Of a DNA stretch of 64,000 nt, positions 37,652-46,916 are shown in pieces. A model generated the notes under the pieces. It saw only the letters and a list, made by a program, of their open reading frames with translations. It searched no databases and had not been told where the DNA came from. Where the stretch lies: the NCBI GenBank assembly GCA_963716095.1, contig CAVQSV010000023.1, positions 383,140 through 447,139 on the forward strand, given 5' to 3'. This DNA is from Ilumatobacteraceae bacterium. GTDB lineage: Bacteria; Actinomycetota; Acidimicrobiia; Acidimicrobiales; Ilumatobacteraceae. Position numbers and translations under genes: made by a program. Position 1 is the first letter of the stretch. Every line of letters begins with the position of its first letter.

Positions 37652-37667
37652 CGCCGATCACCGCGCC

Positions 37668-37715
37668 CGCGTGACAAGTCGGATGGACCGTCCCATCCGA
37701 ACAGCAACGCGAACG
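37668..37715. repeat. Palindromic intergenic repeat, family C copy 4, followed by a G-rich 10-bp tandem (ggctggggtt x2 plus one partial copy, 37724-37753)
   Basis: CGCGTGACaagTCGGATGGaccgtCCCATCCGAacaGCAACGCGAACGg, between convergent SDR and NMO genes. Confidence 0.8.
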
Positions 37716-37759
37716 GGGCTGATGGCTGGGGTTGGCTGGGGTTGGCGGGGTGGACTGCG

Positions 37760-38905
37760 TCAGTAGTCGAGTTGGCCGGCGAGCGACTCGACGGCATCGA
37801 TGAACTCGGTGACCATGTCCATCACGACCTGACCGGCCGACTTGGGCTGGTTCATCGTGCCGACGATTTGGCCGACGAAGTAGCCCGCCAGCTTCTCGGC
37901 ACCGGAGCCATGGGTGTGTGCCGCCCGGTTGATGCGGGCCTGTGCCTCGTTCGTGAGGATCGGCTGCAGCGGCATTCCCAGCGGAGCGGGCGTGTCCTCG
38001 CGCTCCCACTCCTCGGTCCAGGATGTCTTCAACATGCGGGCGTGCTTGCCGGTCATCGACCTCGACCGGATCGTGTCGGCGGAGGTGGCGGCCAGGAACT
38101 TCTCCTTCACCACCGGGTGCGTCTCGGCCTCGTCGGTGGTGAGCCACACCGAGCCACACCACACACCCTGGGCGCCGAGCGCCATGGCAGCGGCCATCTG
38201 ACGCCCGCGTCCGATGCCGCCGGCGCCCAACACCGGGATGTCGACCGCGTCGACGATCTCGGGGATGAGCACCATCGAGCCGATCTCGCCGGTGTGGCCA
38301 CCGGCTTCGGAACCCTGGGCGATGATGAGGTCGACGCCGGCGGCCTGGTGCCGTTCGGCGTGGACCGGGCGTCCGGCGAGCGCACCGATCAGGCGACCCT
38401 CCTCCTTGACCCGGTCGATCAGGAACTGCGGTGGCGGGCCGAGTGCATTGGCGACGAAGGCGGTCTTGTGAGCCAGCGAGATCTCGAGCTGCGGACCCGC
38501 AGCAGCGGCGCTGAACGGGGCGATCCCGCTGTGCCCGGCGGTCGATCGACCAGTCGAGCGCTCTTCGTCGGGCGGGAACTCGGGGACGTCGTAGCGGCGC
38601 AGGATGTCGTCGACGAACTCACGGTGCGTGTCGGGGATCAACGCCTTGATGTCGTCGAGGGTGTAGCCGCCGCCCTCGTCGCCGGCGTACTTGGCGGGCA
38701 CGATCAGGTCGACGCCGTACGGGCGGTCGCCGATCTCGTCCTCGATCCACTGCAGGTCGATCTCGAGTTGCTCGGGCGAGTGTGCGACGGCGCCGAGCAC
38801 GCCAAGACCACCAGCCTTGGACACGGCGGCCACGACGTCGCGGCAGTGACTGAACGCGAAGATCGGGAACTCGATCTCCAGCATGTCGGTGGCGGCGGTT
38901 TTCAT
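37760..38905 (-). CDS. Nitronate monooxygenase (NMO / 2-nitropropane dioxygenase family, FMN)
   Basis: MKTAATDMLEIEFPIFAFSHCRDVVAAVSKAGGLGVLG...IAQGSEAGGHTG...VLGAGGIGRG. Confidence 0.8.
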   Translation of the reverse strand: MKTAATDMLEIEFPIFAFSHCRDVVAAVSKAGGLGVLGAVAHSPEQLEIDLQWIEDEIGDRPYGVDLIVPAKYAGDEGGGYTLDDIKALIPDTHREFVDDILRRYDVPEFPPDEERSTGRSTAGHSGIAPFSAAAAGPQLEISLAHKTAFVANALGPPPQFLIDRVKEEGRLIGALAGRPVHAERHQAAGVDLIIAQGSEAGGHTGEIGSMVLIPEIVDAVDIPVLGAGGIGRGRQMAAAMALGAQGVWCGSVWLTTDEAETHPVVKEKFLAATSADTIRSRSMTGKHARMLKTSWTEEWEREDTPAPLGMPLQPILTNEAQARINRAAHTHGSGAEKLAGYFVGQIVGTMNQPKSAGQVVMDMVTEFIDAVESLAGQLDY

Positions 38906-38969
38906 CGGGATCTCCTGGCGTTCGTCGGGCACGGCCATTGTTGCCGCTACCAGGGCGCCCCCACGAAGC

Positions 38970-39071
38970 CGATCGTGGTTCCCATTGCCCTGGGCACGGG
39001 GAACCGGGGCACGAGGAACCGTGGTTCACGTCGGTGGTTCCCGTTGCCCTGGGCACGGGGAACCACGATCG
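38970..39071. repeat. Family E: twin 29-bp hairpins (GGTTCCCrTTGCCCTGGGCACGGGGAACC at 38977-39005 and 39036-39064) nested in an outer inverted repeat
   Basis: cgatcgtGGTTCCC...GGGGAACC-(gaaccgtggttc)-GGTTCCC...GGGGAACCacgatcg. It fills most of the divergent region between the NMO gene and the 2-hydroxyacid dehydrogenase gene. Confidence 0.85.
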
Positions 39072-39086
39072 GGGAGACTGTTCGGC

Positions 39087-40040
39087 GTGGCACTGTTCTG
39101 TACCGACACGTTCTTCGACGCCTACCGAGACCGGATCGAGGAGATCGCTCCGGACCTCGAGGTCATCGCGCTGCGCCCGGGTGAGGAGATCTCCGACGCC
39201 GACATCGAGCGGATCACGGTCGCGTTCTTCTCCAACGACGCTTGGCCCGACCGCGCCGCCCCGTTCTTCAAGGTGGCGCTGTCGACCACGAACCTGCAGT
39301 GGTTTCATTCGATGTCGGCCGGCGTCGACAGCCCGGTGTTCTCGGCGTTCCTCGAACGCGGCGCCCGGCTGACCACATCGTCCGGGGCGAGTGCGCCCCC
39401 GATCGCCGGCACCGTCATGCTCTACCTTCTCGCGCTCAGCCGGAACCTGCCCGGCTGGCTTCGAGCGCAAGCGATACACGAGTGGTCGCCCGAACCGTTC
39501 GACGAGCTCGACGGCCAACGCCTCGTCGTCGTCGGCTACGGCCCGATCGGCCAGGAGGTCGTGCGGCTCGCCACGGCGTTCCGGATGGAGCCGGTCGTCG
39601 TTCGTCGTTCGGCGCATGGCGACGAGCCATGCCCTGTCCGTCCGCTGTCGCAACTCGCCGAGGCGGTGTCCGACGCGGATGCTGTGGTCGTTGCGCTGCC
39701 CCTGGCACCCGAGACCCGTGGCCTCTTCAGCGCTGACGTGATCGCAGCGATGCCCTCGTCGGCGGTGTTCGTCAACGTCGGGCGCGGCGAACTGGTCGAT
39801 CAGGCTGCGCTGACCGAGGCGTTGGCCTCGGGTCGCCTCGCCGGTGCCGGCCTCGACGTGTTCGACCCCGAACCGCTCGCCGCCGACGATGCACTGTGGG
39901 ATCTTCCCAACGTGATCATCAGCCCGCACAACTCGGGGTCGAGCAACGGCACGACCAACCGGGTTGCCGAGATCTTCCTCGACAACCTCGCAAGGTTCGT
40001 GCGGGGCGAGTCGCTCCGCAACGAAGTGCTCGGCGGTTGA
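39087..40040 (+). CDS. D-isomer-specific 2-hydroxyacid dehydrogenase family, NAD-binding
   Basis: VVVGYGPIGQEV (GxGxxG), FVNVGRGELVD, DVFDPEPL, ISPHNSG. Start is GTG 39087 with GGGGAG upstream. Confidence 0.8.
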   Translation: MALFCTDTFFDAYRDRIEEIAPDLEVIALRPGEEISDADIERITVAFFSNDAWPDRAAPFFKVALSTTNLQWFHSMSAGVDSPVFSAFLERGARLTTSSGASAPPIAGTVMLYLLALSRNLPGWLRAQAIHEWSPEPFDELDGQRLVVVGYGPIGQEVVRLATAFRMEPVVVRRSAHGDEPCPVRPLSQLAEAVSDADAVVVALPLAPETRGLFSADVIAAMPSSAVFVNVGRGELVDQAALTEALASGRLAGAGLDVFDPEPLAADDALWDLPNVIISPHNSGSSNGTTNRVAEIFLDNLARFVRGESLRNEVLGG

Positions 40041-40043
40041 CGC

Positions 40044-40904
40044 TCAGGCCGCGATCGGCTCCGCGTGGGTCCGGAGCTTGGCGATCGCACGCTCGACACG
40101 TCGCCGTACCGCTTGCGGGGTGACGCCGAGTTCCTCGGCGATCGTCGCGAAGGTCGCCGGTTCGTGGCCGCGAAGTCCGAACCGGGCAGCCACCGCGAAC
40201 GCACTCTTCTGGTCGAGGTGTTCGAGCAACGCATCGATCTGTTCACGCGCGACCCGACGTTCCGCCGCCTCGTCGGGGCCCTCGTCGCCGCTGGCAACGA
40301 GGGTCCCGAGCGTGTCGGATCCCTCCCCGATGGGGCGATCCATCGACTCGAGTTGGCTGAGCATCTCGATCATGGCGAGGTCGTCATCGAGCCGTGCGCC
40401 GGTGGCAGTGGTGGCTGCAATGGCCGTGCGGAGCTCGCGGGTGCGGTGACCGGGGATCCGGATCGTGGTCGCTGATGCTTCGAGCCCGCGCTGGATCGAC
40501 TGGCGGATCCACCACGTTGCATACGTCGAGAATTTGTAGCCACGGCGCCAGTCGAACTTCTCGACCGCCTTCTCGAGCCCGATCATGCCGTCCTGCACGA
40601 TGTCGTCGCGATCGAGGTGAACGGGGACGCTGAACCGGTTGGCGATGCTCTGCACGAGCCGCACATTGGCCTCGATGAAGTGATGACGCGCCCGCTCACC
40701 CTCGATCACGAGGTCGTCGTCGCCTGCTCGAGCCGCACCGTCGGCGACGCGCAACTGTGCCTCGCGTCCGGCCTCGATCGCCTGGGCGAGCCATCGCTCG
40801 TCGGCGGCGGTGAGCAGCGCCCGGTGGTCGCGGCGGAGCCGGCGACCGCCAACTTGCGGCGACTTCGGAACCTGGGAACGCGTGGAAACCTCGGCTCGTG
40901 GCAT
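40044..40904 (-). CDS. RNA polymerase sigma-70 family factor (group 2/3-like, 286 aa)
   Basis: Region 2: NVRLVQSIANRF...DIVQDGMIGLEKAVEKFDWRRGYKFSTYATWWIRQSI. Region 4: FATIAEELGVTPQAVRRRVERAIAKLR. Confidence 0.85.
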   Translation of the reverse strand: MPRAEVSTRSQVPKSPQVGGRRLRRDHRALLTAADERWLAQAIEAGREAQLRVADGAARAGDDDLVIEGERARHHFIEANVRLVQSIANRFSVPVHLDRDDIVQDGMIGLEKAVEKFDWRRGYKFSTYATWWIRQSIQRGLEASATTIRIPGHRTRELRTAIAATTATGARLDDDLAMIEMLSQLESMDRPIGEGSDTLGTLVASGDEGPDEAAERRVAREQIDALLEHLDQKSAFAVAARFGLRGHEPATFATIAEELGVTPQAVRRRVERAIAKLRTHAEPIAA

Positions 40905-40920
40905 GGACCGAGCTTAAAAC

Positions 40921-40936
40921 ACCTTTTCTAAAAGGT
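40921..40936. promoter_or_regulatory. Perfect 16-bp palindrome ACCTTTTCTAAAAGGT inside the only AT-rich island of the window (about 40912-40970)
   Basis: Read directly from the sequence. It lies in the 76-bp divergent region between the sigma factor gene and mrpA. Candidate operator; function inferred from position only. Confidence 0.45.
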
Positions 40937-40980
40937 CAATGTTGTGATGCAAATAAATCGAGTCGTATCATCCGGGTCTG

Positions 40981-43305
40981 TTGATCTGGTTCCTGCTCGC
41001 TCTGCACGTCGTGACCGTCGTGGTGCTGTCGCTGACCGCTGCACGTCTCGGCCGCACTGCCCTCTTGGTGGCAGCGGTCCCGATGGCGGTCACGGCGGCC
41101 TGGTCGGCGACCCGCCTCGGCACGAACGACGTGATCTTCGCCGGTTTCCAGTGGGTGCCCGGACTCGACGTCGCCATCGAGTTCCGTGTCGACGCGCTGG
41201 GATCGCTGCTGTCGCTCCTCGTCTCTGGCATCGGCGCATTGGTCTGTGTCTATGCGTTCGGGTACTTCTCGGCCACCGCCGTCGGCGTCGGACGCTTCGC
41301 CGCCACCCTCCTCGCCTTTTCCACCGCCATGGTCGGGCTGGTGTGGTCCGATTCGGTGTGGACGCTGTTCATCTTCTGGGAACTCACCTCGATCACGTCG
41401 TTCCTGCTCGTCGGGTTCAAGCACGCCGACCCGGTCGCTCGCACCGCAGCCCGTCGGGCGCTCGTGATCACCGCCGCCGGCGGGCTCTCGCTCCTCGCCG
41501 GCTTCGTCCTGTTCGTCGACGCAGCCGGCACCGCTCGCCTCAGTGAGATCACCCCGATCACCGGCTCGACCGCCACCGCGGCGGCGATCCTCATCCTGGT
41601 GGCCGCAGCGACCAAGTCGGCGCAGTTCCCCTTCCATGTGTGGCTCCCAGGAGCGATGGCGGCACCGACGCCGGTCAGCGCCTACCTGCACTCGGCCACC
41701 ATGGTGAAGGCGGGCGTCATCCTCGTCGCCGTCATCGCCCCGGCCTTCCAGGACACCGAGGTGTGGAAGCCGCTCGGGCTGTCGTTCGGTCTGGTGACGA
41801 TGCTGTGGGGCGCCATCGGGGCGCTGCGTCACGTCGACGCCAAGCTGATCCTCGCCTGGGGCACCGTGTCACAGCTCGGCCTCCTGATCACCCTGCTCGC
41901 CATCGGTACGCCCAAGGCCACGTTCGCAGCCATCTCGATCCTGGTCGCCCACGCCATCTTCAAAGCGGCGCTGTTCATGGTCGTGGGCGAAGTCGACGTA
42001 CGAACCGGCACCCGAAACATCAACGAACTCTCCGGACTTCGACGCACCATGCCGATCACCTTCGTGGTCGCCGTGATCTCCGGCGCGTCGATGGCGGGCA
42101 TCCCGCCGATGCTCGGCTTCCCCACCAAGGAGGCCGCGATCGAAGCAGCACTGGGACTGTCGGGTGCCGAGTTCTGGATCGTGGGCGGCTTGATCATCGG
42201 CGGATCGGTGCTCACCGTTGCGTACACGACCCGCTTGCTGATCGGAATGTTCGGCTCGAGCGAGCCGATGGTCGACCGGGACGTCGCCCCGCGCCGGCCG
42301 GCGATGACGGCGCCGGAGGTGACGTTGGCGACAGTGACGGTCCTCGGCTTCGTTGCGCTGGGCTGGGTCACCAGCGTGGTCAGGGCCGCCGCCGTGACGG
42401 TGGAGCCGAAAGCAGAGGTCTACTCGTTGTTCCGCTGGCCCGGGCTCACCGATGCCTTCATCACCAGTGCCGTGATCGTTGCATTCGGCCTGGTGACCGG
42501 GGCCCTGCTCGCTCGACGCCACGTCGCCAGTGGCCCCGCTGCTCGTGGCGCGGCCAACGTCGACTGGATGATCGACGGCGTCGGGCGTCTCGCCCGTCTG
42601 GTCGCTGCCCGCGTGCAGCACGGCTCACTCCCGCTGTATGTGGCCACCACCGTGCTCGTCGTGTGCGCCGCTGCGGTCCCGTTCGTCGGCGAGATCGACA
42701 GCGATGCGCTCTACTGGTGGGACAACCCAGCCGAGGCGGTGCTCGTCGTGATGATCGTCGGCGCCGCGATCTTGGCCACCGTGGTGTCGTCACGCCTCGG
42801 CGCTGCACTCGTGCTCGGGGCTGTCGGATTCAGCGTTGCCGGACTGTTCGTCGCCATCGGTGCGCCCGACCTCGTCCTGACCCAGCTGTTGGTCGAGACG
42901 GTCATTGTCGTCGGATTCGTCGTCGGCCTCGGTCGATTGGCCACCAAGTTCCCGACACCGACCCGGCTGTGGTTGACCGGACGCCTGGTCATCGCGGGTG
43001 CGATGGGTACCGCTGTCGCGGTGGCGCTGGCGGGAAGCGCCAGCAACCCGGTCGGCGAGGCCCCAGTCCGCGAGCTGATCGAGACGGCGCAGACCGACGG
43101 CGGCGGCAAGAACGTGGTCAACGTGATCCTCACCGACACCCGCGCACTCGACACGTTCGGCGAGATCATCGTGCTGATGGTGGTCGCCGTCGGCATCTTG
43201 ACCCTCAGCACCAAGCGCGGCCGGAACCGTCGCACCCCGGCGGAGACCCCCGCACCCGATCCTGCACCGGTCGATGCTGCAGCCCGCGAGGAGGTGGCCC
43301 CGTGA
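40981..43305 (+). CDS. mrpA: Na+/H+ (monovalent cation/H+) antiporter subunit A
   Basis: 774 aa: FQWVPGLDVAIEFRVDALG...WELTSITSFLLVGF...AATKSAQFPFHVWLPGAMAAPTPVSAYLHSATMVKAG. The only in-frame starts after the upstream TAA are CTG 40978 and TTG 40981. Confidence 0.9.
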   Translation: MIWFLLALHVVTVVVLSLTAARLGRTALLVAAVPMAVTAAWSATRLGTNDVIFAGFQWVPGLDVAIEFRVDALGSLLSLLVSGIGALVCVYAFGYFSATAVGVGRFAATLLAFSTAMVGLVWSDSVWTLFIFWELTSITSFLLVGFKHADPVARTAARRALVITAAGGLSLLAGFVLFVDAAGTARLSEITPITGSTATAAAILILVAAATKSAQFPFHVWLPGAMAAPTPVSAYLHSATMVKAGVILVAVIAPAFQDTEVWKPLGLSFGLVTMLWGAIGALRHVDAKLILAWGTVSQLGLLITLLAIGTPKATFAAISILVAHAIFKAALFMVVGEVDVRTGTRNINELSGLRRTMPITFVVAVISGASMAGIPPMLGFPTKEAAIEAALGLSGAEFWIVGGLIIGGSVLTVAYTTRLLIGMFGSSEPMVDRDVAPRRPAMTAPEVTLATVTVLGFVALGWVTSVVRAAAVTVEPKAEVYSLFRWPGLTDAFITSAVIVAFGLVTGALLARRHVASGPAARGAANVDWMIDGVGRLARLVAARVQHGSLPLYVATTVLVVCAAAVPFVGEIDSDALYWWDNPAEAVLVVMIVGAAILATVVSSRLGAALVLGAVGFSVAGLFVAIGAPDLVLTQLLVETVIVVGFVVGLGRLATKFPTPTRLWLTGRLVIAGAMGTAVAVALAGSASNPVGEAPVRELIETAQTDGGGKNVVNVILTDTRALDTFGEIIVLMVVAVGILTLSTKRGRNRRTPAETPAPDPAPVDAAAREEVAP

Positions 43306-43793
43306 TCGCTCGCACGTCACCGATCGTGTCGCTCGCCGTTCGCGCCGTGACGCCGATCGCGGTCGTGGTCGCGGCCTATGTGCTGTTCGCCGGCCACAAC
43401 CAGCCGGGTGGCGGCTTCGCCGCTGGGCTCATGCTGGGCGCGGTCATCGTGCTGCGCACGGTGGCGGGGATCCAGCAGCCCCGGTACGCCTCCGTGTGGA
43501 TGTCGGTCGGTGGTGTCATCGCCGGCCTCGTCGCCATTGCCCCCATGTTCTGGGGCGAACCGTTGCTCGACCAGATCGTCGTCACCTGGGAGGTCCCGGT
43601 GCTCGGCACGGTCAAGACCGGATCTGCGCTGCTGTTCGACCTCGGCGTGGTGGGGATCGTCATCGGCTTGGTCATCGCGCTGCTCGACGGTCTGGATGCG
43701 ATGTCCCTCGTCGATCGTGGCCGGATGCCCGTCCCGGCGAGTGTGCGCTCGGCGGACGTCGCTTCACCGGATGGCCAGGAGACGGCGTCGTGA
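43302..43793 (+). CDS. mrpB: Na+/H+ antiporter subunit B
   Basis: GTGA overlap with mrpA. VIARTSPIVSLAVRAVTPIAVVVAAYVLFAGHNQPGGGFAAGLMLG (MnhB signature). Confidence 0.85.
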   Translation: MIARTSPIVSLAVRAVTPIAVVVAAYVLFAGHNQPGGGFAAGLMLGAVIVLRTVAGIQQPRYASVWMSVGGVIAGLVAIAPMFWGEPLLDQIVVTWEVPVLGTVKTGSALLFDLGVVGIVIGLVIALLDGLDAMSLVDRGRMPVPASVRSADVASPDGQETAS

Positions 43794-44212
43794 GCCTCGC
43801 CATGATCTTCGCGGTCGCCGGCCTGGTGGCGGCCGGCACTTTCCTGGTCACGTCGCGCTCGCTGAGCCGCATCGTGCTCGGCTTCGCACTGCTCGGCCAC
43901 GCCGCCGTGCTCGCGCTCTTGGCGGCGGGTGGTCGCGCCGGTTCACCTCCGATCGTCGACGGCGAGCCCGCCCCTGACACCGCGAACCCACTTCCTCAGG
44001 CGCTGTCGCTCACGGCAATCGTGATCTCGTTCGGCCTCACGCTGTTCGTGCTGGCACTCGCTCGACGTCAGCAATTCCTCACCGGCGACGACCTCGTCGA
44101 AGACGACGTCGAAGACCGCCGCATCGCCACCACCAGCGACGAGCCAGTTGCATCGAGCGACGAGACACGTGAACTCGAGGCCCAGCGAGACGACTCGGAG
44201 CGCACACCGTGA
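43790..44212 (+). CDS. mrpC: Na+/H+ antiporter subunit C (NuoK-like) with acidic C-terminal tail
   Basis: GTGA overlap with the upstream gene. VSLAMIFAVAGLVAAGTFLVTSRSLSRIVLGFALLGHA...PQALSLTAIVISFG. Confidence 0.85.
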   Translation: MSLAMIFAVAGLVAAGTFLVTSRSLSRIVLGFALLGHAAVLALLAAGGRAGSPPIVDGEPAPDTANPLPQALSLTAIVISFGLTLFVLALARRQQFLTGDDLVEDDVEDRRIATTSDEPVASSDETRELEAQRDDSERTP

Positions 44213-45711
44213 CCGCCGTGGTCGGACTGTGCGTGGCGCTGCCGTTGCTCGCCGCTTCGCTCGTGCTCGGGCTGCGCCGGGTGGCGCTCGCTCGCGACGT
44301 CATCACGGTGGCGACGATGTCGGCGGTCACCGGCCTCGCAGCCGCGTTGCTCGCCGAGGTCGACCGCAACGGCACGGTCGTGCTGCGCGTCGGCGACTGG
44401 GCGCCCGAGGTCGGCATCGTGTTGGTGGCAGACCTCTTCGCGGCGGTGATCCTGCTGGTTGCCTCCGCCACCATTCTCGTGGTCGAGTTGTTCGCGATCG
44501 GCCAGCGCCGTACGCCGGCCGGAGCCGACCCTGCGGTGGTCAGCCCGATCCTGCTCGTGCTCGCCGGCGGTGTCAGCCTCGCGATCCTCACCGGCGACCT
44601 CTTCACGCTCTTCGTGGCGTTCGAGCTGATCCTGGTGTCCAGCTACGTGCTGCTCACCCATCAGGGTCGGGAGTCGCAGGTGCGTTCAGGGATGACCTAC
44701 GTGGTCATCAACCTGTTTGCGTCGACGCTGTTCCTGTTCGGTGTGGCCATCGTCTACGCCGCCACCGGCACGGTCAACATGGCGTTGCTGGCCGAGCGGT
44801 TCCCCGAACTGCCCGCCGCCACGCAGGTCGGCATCGGGCTGTGGTTCCTGATCGTGTTCGGCACGAAGGCGGCGATCTTCCCGCTGTTCTCGTGGCTGCC
44901 CGACAGCTACCCGACCGCGCCGACGACCATCACCGCGGTGTTCGCCGGATTGCTCACCAAGATCGGCGTCTACGTCCTGATCCGGTTCTTCACGCTGATG
45001 GAGCTCGATGAACTCGGACCGCTGCTGCTCGTGATCGCAGGCTTCACGATGATCGTCGGCGTCGCCGGAGCACTCGCACAAGACGACGTCAAGCGCATCT
45101 TGTCGTTCCACGTCGTGAGCCAGATCGGCTACATGATCATGGGCCTCGGGCTGTTCACCGTTGCCGGTGTTGCGGGCGCAGTGCTGTTCCTGATCCACCA
45201 GATCCCCGTCAAGACCGTGATGTTCCTCGCCGGCGGCCTGATCGAGGACGATCAGGGAACCTCGGCGCTGAAGAAGGTCGGTGGCCTCGCCACCAGCAAG
45301 CCGGTCATCGCCGTGCTCTTCGCACTGCCTGCGCTGAGCCTCGCCGGCCTACCCCCGTTCTCCGGCTTCATCGCCAAGCTCGCGCTCGTCGATGCCGGCA
45401 TGTCGTCGGGCGCCTACGTGATCGTCGCGGTCTCGCTGGTCGGCTCGATCCTGACGTTGCTGTCGATGACCAAGATCTGGCTCGGTGCCTTCTGGGGCGA
45501 GGTCACCCCCTCGGCGGTTCCGGCGTCGAGCAAGCGCTCGGTCACCGTGATGCAGTCCGCTGCCGGTCTCGCCGTCGCCGGCACGATCGCCATTGCCGTG
45601 CTGGCCGGCCCGCTGTGGCGCATGAGCGAGCAGGTGGCCACCGACCTGCTCGAGCGCACGCCCTACATCACCGACGTACTGGCCGAGCCCGTGAACGAGG
45701 GGGACGGCTGA
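44209..45711 (+). CDS. mrpD: Na+/H+ antiporter subunit D (NuoN/ND2-like)
   Basis: GTGA overlap with the upstream gene. 500 aa: FVAFELILVSSYVLL..., GTKAAIFPLFSWLPDSYPTAPTTITAVFAGLLTKIG. Confidence 0.9.
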   Translation: MTAVVGLCVALPLLAASLVLGLRRVALARDVITVATMSAVTGLAAALLAEVDRNGTVVLRVGDWAPEVGIVLVADLFAAVILLVASATILVVELFAIGQRRTPAGADPAVVSPILLVLAGGVSLAILTGDLFTLFVAFELILVSSYVLLTHQGRESQVRSGMTYVVINLFASTLFLFGVAIVYAATGTVNMALLAERFPELPAATQVGIGLWFLIVFGTKAAIFPLFSWLPDSYPTAPTTITAVFAGLLTKIGVYVLIRFFTLMELDELGPLLLVIAGFTMIVGVAGALAQDDVKRILSFHVVSQIGYMIMGLGLFTVAGVAGAVLFLIHQIPVKTVMFLAGGLIEDDQGTSALKKVGGLATSKPVIAVLFALPALSLAGLPPFSGFIAKLALVDAGMSSGAYVIVAVSLVGSILTLLSMTKIWLGAFWGEVTPSAVPASSKRSVTVMQSAAGLAVAGTIAIAVLAGPLWRMSEQVATDLLERTPYITDVLAEPVNEGDG

Positions 45712-46265
45712 TGGCCACCACCGTCGCGAAGGAATCCTGGGCGTCGTCGTTGCGCGGCAACCTCAGGGCGCTCCTGACGCTGAGGCGCCTCCTCACCATC
45801 GCGGTGCTCGTCGGTGCGTGGTGCGCACTCTGGGGCACGGTCTCGGTCGCCAACGTCCTCTCGGGCACGCTCATCGCTGTGGCGGCGACCCTGTTCGCCG
45901 GCGTCGATCGCAACGCCGGCGGTCTGCGCATCCTCCCGCTGCTGCATTTCGTGTGGCTCGTCGCTGTCGACCTGGTGGTGTCGACCGTCAACGTGGCGTG
46001 GGAGATCCTGACCCCGACCGACTACACCGACGAAGCGATCATCGCCGTCGACACCAACATCGAAGCGCGGTCGCACTTCCTGATGCTGGTGGTGGCGATC
46101 ACCGTCACGCCCGGCACGGCAGTGATCGACAGCGACGCCGACACCGGCCGGCTCTACCTGCATCTCCTGCACGCCGAGAAGGCCCCGGAGATCGAACTGC
46201 ACGTGCAGCACCTCGCCGCACTCGCCTGCCGAGCGCTGCCCGTCAACGAGGAGGTCGCTCCATGA
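45711..46265 (+). CDS. mrpE: Na+/H+ antiporter subunit E
   Basis: TGATG junction with mrpD. LLTIAVLVGAWCALWGTVSVANVLSG...ITVTPGTAVIDSD...LYLHLL. Confidence 0.8.
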   Translation: MATTVAKESWASSLRGNLRALLTLRRLLTIAVLVGAWCALWGTVSVANVLSGTLIAVAATLFAGVDRNAGGLRILPLLHFVWLVAVDLVVSTVNVAWEILTPTDYTDEAIIAVDTNIEARSHFLMLVVAITVTPGTAVIDSDADTGRLYLHLLHAEKAPEIELHVQHLAALACRALPVNEEVAP

Positions 46266-46281
46266 CCGCTGAGGTGCTCAG

Positions 46282-46539
46282 ATGATCGCCGACATCGCCA
46301 TCGCCATCTTCCTGCTCGCCGGCATCCTGGCGGGCATTCGCCTGGTCCGCGGGCCGTCGCTCGCCGATCGAGTGATCTCACTCGACGCCGCACTGGTCGC
46401 GCTGATGGGCGCCATCGGTACCCGAGTGGCCGAAACGGGTGACAACTTGTACATCGGCGTGCTCGTGGTCATCGCGATCGTGGCGTTCACCGCCACCGTG
46501 GCGCTCAGCCGCTTCATCGAGACCACGGGTCGACCATGA
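46282..46539 (+). CDS. mrpF: Na+/H+ antiporter subunit F
   Basis: 85 aa: MIADIAIAIFLLAGILAGIRLVRGPSLADRVISLDA (MnhF signature). Confidence 0.85.
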   Translation: MIADIAIAIFLLAGILAGIRLVRGPSLADRVISLDAALVALMGAIGTRVAETGDNLYIGVLVVIAIVAFTATVALSRFIETTGRP

Positions 46540-46916
46540 ACGTCGTCTCATCGGTGTTCATTCTCCTCGGTGCGTTCGTCGCTCTGCTCGCCGGCATCGG
46601 CCTGCTCACGTTCAACACTCCGTACGCACGGTTCCACGCCGCCGGCAAGGCGAGCCCGATCGCGTTCTTGATGGTGGCGATCGGCGCAGGCATCGAGGTG
46701 GGTGTCAGAGGAGCCGCCGAACTGGCAATCGTGGCTGCGGCGCTGCTGTTGACACTGCCTGCGAGTACGCATCTGCTGTTCCGGGCGACGCATCGGACCA
46801 CGGTGTCCGAGCACCTGAGTCCCGACGATCTGGTCGCTGCTGAGCGTGAGCTTGCAGCGCACGAGGCCGTGATCGAGACTGAATCCACTGGAGGCGCCGA
46901 TGGCGATCAGCACTGA
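46536..46916 (+). CDS. mrpG: Na+/H+ antiporter subunit G
   Basis: ATGA overlap with mrpF. SSVFILLGAFVALLAGIGLLTFNTPYARFHAAGKAS (MnhG signature). Confidence 0.85.
   Translation: MNVVSSVFILLGAFVALLAGIGLLTFNTPYARFHAAGKASPIAFLMVAIGAGIEVGVRGAAELAIVAAALLLTLPASTHLLFRATHRTTVSEHLSPDDLVAAERELAAHEAVIETESTGGADGDQH

Noticed and set aside
38970-39071. Repeated 29-bp units (family E) and the other interspersed repeats as a possible CRISPR array.
   Set aside because: There are only two units. Each is itself palindromic and both are nested in a larger inverted repeat. There is no regular repeat-spacer periodicity and no cas genes in the window.
40038-40046. Convergent 2-hydroxyacid dehydrogenase and sigma factor genes separated by only 3 bp (TGA cgc TCA).
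   Set aside because: This is unusual but not informative on its own. There is no structure between the genes, and tight convergent packing occurs commonly in compact high-GC genomes.
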